From Mytilus trossulus (lineage: Eukaryota), in NCBI RefSeq assembly GCF_036588685.1, contig NC_086382.1, forward strand, positions 23,994,001 to 24,058,000: a DNA stretch of 64,000 bases, written 5' to 3'. Position numbers and translations under genes: made by a program. Below the pieces are notes generated by a model, which was given only the letters and a program-made list of their open reading frames with translations, searched no databases and was not told the origin of the DNA. Positions within the stretch are counted from its first letter, which is position 1; the number at the start of each line of letters is the position of its first letter. Below are positions 13,401 to 25,400 of the stretch, one piece after another.

Positions 13401-16400
13401 GACGGGTCTTATGTAAACGAAACGCGCGTCTAGCGTACAAAATCATAATCCTTGCACTTATTAGGATTACTATTAGTGTTAAGCGTAGAAAGTCAAATAT
13501 TTTTATACTAGTTACTATTGCAAGATGAAAGAGTCTTAGATTGTATAACATATCAAACGAACAAATAAATAAGTGAGTCAGCAATATAAATAAAAGATTA
13601 GTAAATACAATAATAATATGTTTATAAATATGGTAATGAGAATACGTCAGTAAACTTACATTGATCGTTTTACTGTCACAATTGGAACCTCTCTGTTATC
13701 TGATCCTTTTTTATCACATGGCTCTGGACTGGTTACATCAATTTCCATATATCCTTCTCTACGTAGTTGTCTTGATCTCGATACCAGAAACATTTTAATG
13801 ATGACAAAGTTTATAGGAAACATAATTAAGCTACTTTCAAGACCAATGATGAAATCTTTCAGTGAAAATTCAAATTTAAAACCTGCTACATCAGAACTTA
13901 TCGTGCTTTCAGAAGGAATTCCATGGAACATTAAGCATGCCAACATAGTACACAGCAATAAAGACAATGCGCATGATAATCTTTGAACTCTCGTAAAATC
14001 ACTCCAAGGTGGTTTTGAAATTATACTGATCCACAAATGCGCTCTACGTAAATCTGTAGCTGTTCGCAGTAAAAACTGTTGCTTCATACTATAATTTGAT
14101 TCGATTGTCAGACAAACTTTGGCAGTCCCACTCTCCATTCCTAGCCAACTATCGTGGTAAAATGTATAAACTTTCGTAGTTTGTAAGTCTTGTATTAGTA
14201 CTCTCGAAAGGAACCTAAAATATATGATTCGAAATGTCTTCATTTATTTTCTGTAAAACATTAATTAATTAAATAAGATACTCATTGTATTTTAAACTAT
14301 AAATGCTAGTTAAACTATAAAAAGATAACAAATACAAAAAGAAGTCATAATAAATCATTAAAAAAACACGTTACTTAAATCCTGTCCTTTGGTATCATGT
14401 GAATCGTTCCATAAGTTATGGACAACACAACGTATCTCTTCGTCTTTTCTTTCAAAAAAAACCCACAACATGTTGCTGGTTTCGAGTCAATTAGCAAGTT
14501 CATTTAAGAAGATAACCATGAATGCATCGAAGAAAGGATTACAAAAAGGAAATAAATCCGTATTTACAAAACAGGAATGATAAGGTTTTAAAAAAATATA
14601 TTAAAAAAACGTAATACAGATTAACAATTAATTTGATATGCAAAGTGTTTCAATTCAATGTCATAAACTTGGGCCGATATTGCTGTATTGGTAAAATTTG
14701 CCATTTTTCCACAGGGTTTGTTTACCTCTAAAAGTTTTATCTTACGACAGCCTAATTATTGGGTTTGCTGTATCAATAACCATATGTACAGAAAATCTCC
14801 TTTTATCTTCATCATATTTAGCAAAAATAAATGTACAAGAAACTTAGATATGAAATTTCGCAATATGACTTATTTTTTAAAAGATTTGTTAAACAGCTGA
14901 TATTTTTTCCGTTTGCTTCCTGCATAAATTTTCATAAATGATTTTTCAAAAAAAATATTGTTTCGACTAATTATATCCATTGTACAATGTTGTATCGTTG
15001 TACTTTTTGACCTTTGTCATTAAAAACTTTTGGATGCTGTCACTTGCAAAATATGTCCAAATTTTGCTGACACAGATAATGGCTATCCAATCACAATGTA
15101 CTAGCCAACGTTTAATATAGGAAGTAAAATTTAACTCTTGAAAGGGTCTTTTTTTCAGTATACAAAATTATCTAAACAAAAATATTTTTGGTTGTTTATT
15201 ATTCCCTTCAAAGCCTCTCACAGTTATTGTAGAGATGGCAATCTTGATTTTCACTTTCTTAATGCATACAATGTCTTACCTTTATAACGATCGACATGGA
15301 AGTGATATAAAACTTATTTCTATATAAAATGTTGTTATTAAGATGTATTTTATTGTGTGACAACATAATGACCAGTTTACTTTAAAAGCGGTCATTTGAA
15401 CTTTATGAAAAAAAAGTTTGAAAATGATTTATATAAAACAAGTGTATATGTACGCGAATTTGCTCCAATTAGTAAGAAAATACTTTCTAAAATCTCATTA
15501 ATACAATTTCTAACAGAATCTTAATATATTGAAATAAACGATGTCATGCAAACCATGATGGCGAGGAACCACTGTTATCATGCCATATAACCACATTCAC
15601 AACGTCTCCTATATCATAGGAAGAAGTAATAAGAAACCAGTCTTCAGCCCCGGTTGTAAATAAAACTTGCGACGATGAGCTTCTTGTCAAACAATGTCTT
15701 GCAGTATGTCCGTGTTTGCCTTTGATATAGCATGAAACATTTGCTGTAGTTCTAGCGTCATACCGCCACCCAGTGACAATGCACATAAGATATTTAAACG
15801 GTTCTGAAGGATCACTTGAACAAGGTGTCACTATACCATCCTACAGAAGATAAGGTATTAATCAAGTCAATTATTTCATTTAAATGTCATGATAAACTAT
15901 GTTGAACTTTACAATCGTCAGAGAGCTAAAACTGGCATCCAGCGTAAAAAATCATAACATTTAGAGCATTGTCTTGTATAACTCGATTTAACTTTATACA
16001 AGAGTACACATTTAAACTTTCAATCTTATTTTTAACTACTAAAAGAAAATATGAATAGGATGAATGTAGATATAATTTTGACCTTATTATTGAATATAGT
16101 TTTTATTACAACACATTATCAAAGGATCAGTTTGTGTTTTGTTTGTATTCTAAGTTTTAGATAAATTGATTACAAACACATTTCAAATAAAAAATAAATA
16201 AATTTAGATTGAAAATCCCGTAGGCACACTTCTGTATATATTTCTTTAATATTTATAAAAGTTACTTTTTTTTTTATTTCATATGCCTCCAGTGTTTATC
16301 ATGTTTATACATCCTTGGATCTAATACTCATTGTGTTTAGTGTTTCTTAATTAAAATGAACCAAGAAGATCATGTTGAATGTGTTAAATCAACTTATAAT

Positions 16401-19400
16401 CCTTAAATATTGTTTTATTTACCAAATGTCTATCCCGCCTGTCTTTTTGTCTTGCCAAGTACAGAGCAACAAAATACATAAACCAAACCAATATTACCAC
16501 GGAAACCACAACTGGGTTTTCAAAGAATGTCAGGAATAGTAAGGCATCTTTAATCGGATCTACGAGATTAGGTAAGACAAAATACCCTCCAGCAAAATCT
16601 GTCAGATGATCAACTTCACACTCCAATTTATTGCTAGATGAAACAGGCGAAACCTGAAAAAAGTTATTTCATTTGATTATATTAGTTTGGGTACCCCTAC
16701 AAAGCATTTTTTAGCGGCAGTATTTGTTTTTTAGTTGTCATCGTGTTCGATAGTTTTTCTGTCATTTTTATCTGTACATGTATCATTGATATTAAAAAAG
16801 AAACTGAGGAAGGAATTAAAATGAGACAGGTAATTTATCCTTATAAAGATAGAAGTATAAAGATTTGAGTAGTCATGTCTTCAGAAATTGAAAAAAAACA
16901 ACCTATGGTTTGATAGAAGCTGACGCAGTCATTTCATGATATGGTGGTACAACGCATAAAGCTACACAATGCGTCTAGGAAAATAGAGACTGGAAATAGG
17001 GAACGCGTCATGGAGACAAAAGAATAATAATAGAAAAAAGTCCCGAAATAGATCTTAAACTCCACGATAAAAAAATTCAACGTATATAAATACATTTTGT
17101 TATAAGATTGTAAACAGTAATATTTTGCGTTTAAATTTCTGAAAGAGAAAATTACTTTGTCATATCAGAACAGAAATTTTCGTATCTTTAAAAAAAAAAT
17201 CATCATTATTGCGTTAAATGCTGTTTTTAGCTTACATTATTGGACATAGTTTCTCTTTTCATTACTTTTTATATATCCAGGGAGAATAATATATATATAA
17301 ATGTTAGAATTAAACAATTTAAACATACATTGTAATGAATAACTTAATATAAATAAACATCGATATAAACTGATTCATTGATTTCAATTTTGTCTGCTTT
17401 CAAGTTTGAAAAAATATCGATTCTACACCGTAACATTTTGTGATTATAATGTTCTTTTTTCTCACAGGATACCTGTATAATTTGAATTTACCTATTCTTT
17501 TATAATTTGAACGATTTATTTTTCAAACTTCAATGTTATGTTACTAGAAATACCTTAAATCGACCTGTTGTCCAACTTCCGCTAGTGGGATTCCAGGATC
17601 TACAAGTAATGGCACTCGACAAAACATTGACAGTAATATTCTGTCTAACTTTCGCATTGGTTCTACTCTCCGGATTAACGATAAGACCTATACTCCAGTA
17701 GAGCATTTCCTCCGGAGGATCTTTTATGTAGGCTGTTTCTGAGTAGTCCAGTAGCACCCCATTTTCTGCTTCAAATGGGGTAACCTTTTCTTGAAAATTT
17801 ATTGCAATGTTTATTGACACATTATTTTGTGGAGCATCTGTAATTATCTTTACCATGTAATACATGTCTGCCGGCTGTGTCACTATAAGTCGTAGAAAGT
17901 AATCTTGTATGTGATTGTTGGTATTGAAAATAAATGTGTCGTATTTTTCGTCATCTACAAAATTTTACACAGAAATAGTTGCATGAAATTTCATAAATAA
18001 ATGTACAAGAAAATATATTTCATTTAAGTTATGTCTTTTTTAAGATTGATTTTGAGACTTTCAACCTACATATTTAAAATCATAATATTTCAGAAATAAA
18101 CATGATATAACAGTTAAAATCGTCAAACAAAGTTTATGAAAATTCGGAACAGAATACTGACATGCAACATTTCTGTCATTTATGTATGCAGCTATGCACA
18201 TATAGTTATCAAAGGTACTAGGGTTATAATTAAGTACGCAAGACGCGCGTTTCGCCTACTTAAGACTCATCAGGGACGCTCATATCAAAATATTTATAAA
18301 GCCAAACAGTATAAAGTTGAAGAGCATTGAGGATCCACAATTCCAAAAAGTTGTGCCAAATACTGCTAAGGTCATCTATGCAATGCTCCGGATAAAAATG
18401 CTTAAAAGTATGTCAGTTAAGATAAATAGAATGATACACTTTTTATAGTAGAAGAGGACTTAAAGAAAGAAATTTAAATACGGAATTTTTATATTTTGTC
18501 TGAAAAGTGTGTGGTAAATAAAGTATTATCGCAAATAAAACACCAACAAAAAATACCAAATATATTTATCTATCTCTAATTACAGTTCCTGATTTAGCGC
18601 ATGTCTTATCAATTAATAACTAACATGTGATGATTGTAACAAGATGCACGAAGTATCCAAAACAAAATCACAAAAAATAAATATCTAATGGACAGAAATA
18701 AAAGCAACAAAAGTTATATGGTTAGATGTATAATATCTCAACCAATTTTTTTTCTTTTTTATATTTTCCAAATTACAGGTGATGTTTATTAATCTTCAAC
18801 ATTCAGCCTATGTTATTAAATACATATTACATGTTAAAATGAAGATATTGTATGACCTAATCAATTTTCAATATATGAAAATTTTCCTAGACTCTGACGA
18901 CGTTTAACAGGCATGTGTTATCATGGTAATTCGACATAAGTCTACATGTATTTAAATCAAATTCAATAATGAAACCCATGTTTAAGATATTCAAAATATT
19001 AACAAAAATATCGAACTCTAATAATATTAAAAAAAATCGATAAACTTGACAAAATCAAAGGCTCTATTATATCTTCAAAAGAACAAATGGAAGAAGATTA
19101 ATAAAACAGAACTATCTGTTTCTTTATTTCCTTCTTTACCTATGTGTTTACATATCATACTTACTCCCACAATTTCCAATTGGTATTTCAACAATAATAG
19201 GTTTACGTAAATTCGTCACATTGATCGTATGCTGATTGGAGTCCTTCAGAACTAAAGATACCATTGGTGAATTTATATACGCAGAAGAACTGTCCCAAGA
19301 TCTTGGATTCTGGTCTGAGAATAGCATCTGTAATCAAAACATATGCCATGCGTTATTAAGAACAGTCATTCCCAATGTCTGTCAGACATATGACAATGCC

Positions 19401-22400
19401 CTGTAATAAATAGTTTGATCCAGTTAAATGTCATCAACTACTGGACCAAAATACCAGTGAGTATGTAATAATTTTGTACTTGTTGAAATAGTCAATCGAA
19501 ATAGACTGCTTAGGCATTGACTTAACCAGTAATATTTGTAAATTTACTGAAGCAAAAACTTTTTTATAGCTCTGTTAAAGAAGTAGCAGGTAGATGACTG
19601 TATAAGCCGTATTTGGTACACCTTTTTTTTAAATTTTGGTTCTTTAATGCTATTCACCTTTGCACTTGTTTGGCTTTATAAATATTTTGATATGAACGTC
19701 ACTGATGAGTCTTATGTAGACGAAACGCGCGTCTGGCGTACTAAATTATAATCATGGTACCTTTGACAACTATTATGTAAAAATCGTTGTTTAATTATCC
19801 ATGTTATTCATGGATACATGAGCTTCTATTAATACACATTTGAGTTATAACAATGAAGTAACCAAACACCATATGTTTAATACCCAAAAGATGAAATAAC
19901 AAAAAGATTAATTTGTTTTTATTGGAGAATAGTTTAAATCTTCATATACTAGACTATTTTCAAACTGAAGTTTTTAAATGCAAATTTAATAATAAGAATT
20001 TTCAATACGTTACACGGTGGGTATGGTTGTCCTGCGAGAGAACGTACTGTGCTGGTGATATGGTCCTGACGGGTGCTGGTGATCAATGAAAAAATGTAAA
20101 CAAAGACGAAAATGATGATTTTTGACGTTTTCACTCATAAAAAATGGAAGATAATTGTTGTCAATAGGATCTATTACTCCTATTTTAGCTCTTGTGCATC
20201 TATTTGGCTGTTTAATATGTGTTTTCAAATGATTGAACTTGTATAACATAATTACACAAAAGGGCAACATCTTTCGTCCAATATCAGAGAACAATATATA
20301 GTATCTAAAATAAGAATAGTTTTATTAAGATATTAAATGCCCCTTACATTGATGTTTCAACAATGATCAAAGCCTATGCCGCATAGACATGTTTGTCAGC
20401 GCTCCGCATACCCCTCCCCACTTCAACCCAACCAACCCTCCTCATTTCCTCCTTCATTGTTACAGTGCTGTACCAACACAACATATTATCACATTAAATA
20501 ATAACACAAAGACACACATTATTGAACAACGAATGCTCGCAGGTACTGAAAGCTATTTCAAAGCCGCATTTTCAACTAATAGATAAACCATGTTCTCATA
20601 TACAAAAATCTCAATCGCGTCGATTAAAAAAGTCTCAAAACTTAAGTTCACATTTTAATGTTTGATGAAGCAGAACTTTAAAAGTGTGCATTGAATCTTG
20701 TGCTCACAACAGTTATTGTCATAATTATGTTTACATAAGACTTATAAAGGAATTAAGAAGGTACCAAGAAATGTTTTACAGTTCAATTTAATTATCATGA
20801 ATGGAAGGTGAATGGAAACTGTGAGGGTCAAAATCTTAAATTGCTTATAAATGTTGCTGGACCCAGTTTCGTAATCTGATCTGCATGTTCTGAAATGTGC
20901 ATGGAAGATAGACATTTTGATTTTTTTTACTCGGAAAGATTTGCCCTAATTGCTTGAACTTTTGCAATATTAAAGCCGATTTCGATGAGTGTGAAAACAA
21001 AGGGAATATCTTTGGTTATATTGCTTGATGAACAGAAAAGTCATTGTTAGGTTATGTAAACAACCCGACCTTAAGAGTATTCTAGTCCGACAAATGACAC
21101 ATCTTTCTGTCTGTAGGACCAGGCTACTTCGAAAGGAGGATACGGTTTGGCTAACAAGCAAGTTAACCAAAGATATTATGTTTGCTTACATACTCAATGG
21201 AATCGGCTGTAACTAAAAACTCGAATACATTTTAACAGACAGTGGTCATGTTTGTTGATGAATATTGTTTTTCCTAGATTCTCTTGAAAAATCATGTGGT
21301 AACATTTGGTCAAGTAATTTCAGAAAAGATCGTTTTGTAATTGCGGACACCAAAACAATACATGAACCTCACACGACCCCTCGACACAGGTGAGCTTATA
21401 TGATCTTATAGCGATTCAGGTTGATAACAATTTGAAATTAAGAATTCAAAAATTATGTCTCTATATTATTCATTGTCTGTGCTGTGCTGTTTTGATACTT
21501 TTGCAGTTTGCAGATTTCGTAATTGACAGGCCACAGAAGGGGTCATAAACCATACACGAAAAGATAAAATATTGATCTAAGTACTTAATTTGCATCTCTG
21601 AACCCCCACCCCGGTTTGTTTTTTAGGAGGGTGTCTAAAAATGGTCGATTACAGACAGGTGAGTAAGCATTTTACTTTCCAGGCGTGTTTACGTTGATTG
21701 TTACTGTCATGAAAACGGATAGATGGAAACAAAAATGTTTGATATATTTGGCTTTAGATTCAGTTTTTTTAAATATAAATTAAGGCTACATTTTAATATG
21801 ATAATACTAAGAATTCACAATATAAAAAAATGCAGAAAAAAATGGATGAAGTGAAATATCTTAGTAAGGAGTCATTACTACAGAGATGGTGTGTTTGACA
21901 CACAAAACATAAAAGCTTTGTGATATTACCAATATAAAAATAAAAGTGTATTTTAGTTAGGTATTTTTTCCATTTACTCATTTTCAATTATAATTAAGGC
22001 ACATTTGATTTTTGTTCATAAAAATATTTAAATATAGTAAAGTAGGACACATTGTTCACTTCCTCCCCCGTAATTCTTTATTTATTTTGGAATTTTTAAA
22101 TGAAAAAGTTAAGAAATCTTAGTTTTGTTAGTGTTCTCTAGGTTATCTCGTCTTCATTCTCTGACATATTCTAGTCTGCCCTTTCATAAAATAGTGATTT
22201 TTTTAGTGTTCTATCGAACTTTCGAAAAAATAACTGATAACCGTTCAGACAAAAAAGTTATGTTGAAAAAATATTACAGATACAGCAAGTGATTCTTAAT
22301 AGCTATAAGATTCATTTATCTTTTAAAATACAACTTTTTAATCTTAGGGGAAACCATTCCAAGCTTAAAACTTTCACTGTAACCTCGCTCTTTCTTATCC

Positions 22401-25400
22401 CCATCCCCCCCACACACACACAAAAAAACAAAAAAAAAACCGCAATAATATTGTCATTCTTATAGTCAGCCAGGGGCGTAGCTACCCGGAGGCACGACAG
22501 CACGTGCATCCACGTCGTTTTCACAACAACAACAAAAAAAAAAAACAGAAGAGAGATATGAGTTGGTTAATCGGAATCGGACAGCGTGATGTATGTATTA
22601 ACTAAGACTATTATGATTATGATATTTGTTTAACGTTCGGAGACTGTTGGAGTCTTTCCATCTATCCCGGATATTAATTTGACAACATAGTAACAAGTTT
22701 TCGAGTCATGCAGAAAAAGATCGTGGCTCCCTATACGCTAACACACAATTGCGTGCACATGGATTCGGCAAGCAAGAAAGAAATGGCAAAATAAAAATTT
22801 ATAAATTGAATGTTAAAGGAAACAACTATGTTGTCACTCTTTTTATCGATGAAATAACATTAAATAACGTTTCAAAATAATCTTTATTTTGGATGTTATG
22901 ACAAAATCGGAAGTAACTTGTATCTTTTACAAGATTTGAATTTGTAATACTAGTACTCAGTCTAAAACATGTAGTTTTGAGGCACATTTTACAGTGTACA
23001 GTTCATCAGTTTGCAATGAGATGTACCAATTGGCATTACAATTATCAGATCCCTTCGATATCGTTAAAAATATGCCGAGGCGATGTGGGCCACAGACTAC
23101 CAGAACAAATTACCCTGCAACTACGTCAAAGCAGTATTGGAAAGTCTCATTATTTTTTTTTGCGTTCATAGACCATATGATAAGGGAACTGGAGAGTGGA
23201 GTCGCGCCAAGTATTATCAGAAAGTCGCTTCTTTGCGCTGTATCTGCTTCATCGTGTTGTAGGAAAAATCACAAACGAACACATCTCAATATTGTCTGAG
23301 ACATATGAAACTGACTTGGTATGTATTTTTGGCTAGTTCGATAGGGAGGTCGCTCGATGTGCGACAAATGTACGATCAACAATGAACAACGACAGTTACA
23401 TAGAAATACTGCATATTCATCGGGACTTCAGTGTGAATATTGACAAAGTAATAGAAAAGTTTGTTTCTGCCCAGACCCGTAGAGCAGATATTGGACAGTT
23501 TTGAATAGATTCTGTATCGCAAATATGTGTTGTTTATGTATAACTCTATTCAGAAGATTTATATAATTAATAGTTTTTCATTCATGAATTTTAATTTACA
23601 TATAGCGCCTCTTTTAACCGTCCTATGACCCCAAAACCGAAAAAAAAGTTCTGCCGCGATAATAGGGTCTCAAAACTAGTTGCTTTCACGTCATTTCTTT
23701 CTAGCTACGCCCCTGTCAGCACTCAATTGTTCACAAAAAAATTAGTTTTAAGCTACTAAAGACATCCCAGTCAGCAGACTAACAGTGGGCCAACGTTGGC
23801 AAATGGTCGGCCCGTTGGTCGACCGTTGGTGTTGGCTTTACAACATTGGCCCAACGTTGGCAAATTGTCGGTCCGTTGGTCGCAAGTTTATGTTGGTTGC
23901 ACAACATTGGCTCAACGTTGGCAAATTGTCGGTCCGTTGGTCGCAATTTTATGTTGGCTGCACAACATTGGCCCAACGTTGGCAAATTTTCGGTACATTG
24001 GTCGCACGTTGGTGTCGGCTGCACAACATTGGCCCAACGTTGGTCTGTTGTTGTAAATTCATATTATTATCTCATGTTGGTTATAAATAATCGGGCATAT
24101 GTTGGCATTATGTTAGTAGCAACATAGGGCCGATATGAATTTTTTTTAATGGAATTGATTATATAATATTTTACGCTTTATTTCTCTTGGGAGGCAGATA
24201 ATTTCGATTGCAGCAGGCTTTATGAAAAGTTAATGTTATACTGAAAGTGTTTATCAACTGAAATTACATTTACAACTCTATGTTGGGCCAATGCTGGCCC
24301 AACGTTGCATGATCATATATCATACTCTATATATAAGTCAGGCAAAATTGATACTGGAATATCATTACTGTAATAAAAAAAAATGTATATCGTAAACATA
24401 GATTGCCTGGTTAAAAAATAAAATTTATTCCAATCATTATTTATTATAACTTTATTCATTAAACTTTGTGAAACATAATAATAGAAATTATATGCAGAGT
24501 GATATTTGATACAGCCAGTCTGTTAATCAAGCCCATTCTGATAAGGTTGACCATGTGTTCGACAAATTTCAAAGATAGTTGGTATGGTAATTAAGTTTAT
24601 AGGAAATCTGAATGTAATGGGATGGTCACTTTTGTGATTATTTCCTGTTGTGTATTTGTAAAAAAGCAGTGATACGAAGAAAACAAAAAGAGAAAATCAT
24701 GTCATCTGGGATTCAAAGAGAAAGATAGTAACATGTAAGTTATAACTTTAAAAAATCTGATAAATATACGATTTAGAATGATAAATACAATATGATTTTT
24801 TAATCTGAGGGATGTTGTTAAAAATCAAAACATATATTAATTTCTATCATTTTATAATGCTGATCTTGAAGTTTATACGTTTCGGGCGAAATATTTTCTA
24901 GATTTTAAATCATTTCAATCCTATTAATTATCATGAGATATTTGCCACTGAACATAAGTATCTTCAAACAAATGGTAAATTATATCAATCTTTAACCACA
25001 ACATGTATGATCATTACTGAAGTTAATGGAATAAAATTGTCTTAAGATGTACCTTATTCCGTAATGTTTCAAAAATGTGGTATAATGATTGCTACTTCAT
25101 TAAAATATAAATGAATTTGTTAGTTTTATTGTATTTCTAAATCGCATGCAAACAGATACGATATATTTGTGAAACCTGATCATATACACACTTAAATGTA
25201 TAACAGTGTTTTTATATATCAAATATATAACTGTTCATTAATACACATCTGAATTATTCTTTATATATCATGTATATTACGAATATACAAAGTATGATAC
25301 CGAATTCTGAAATAATAGTAAATAAGGGTTTGTTATACCCACAAATCCGTCTAATACTAATAAATTTCTGACCATTAGAAAAATAACCAATATAAAAAAA

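Noticed and set aside
23786-24127. CRISPR-like palindromic repeats and the overlapping ORFs 23779-24127
   Set aside because: Whole 61-bp units repeat with no unique spacers, there are no cas genes and the context is eukaryotic; the ORFs are artefacts of transposon subterminal repeats
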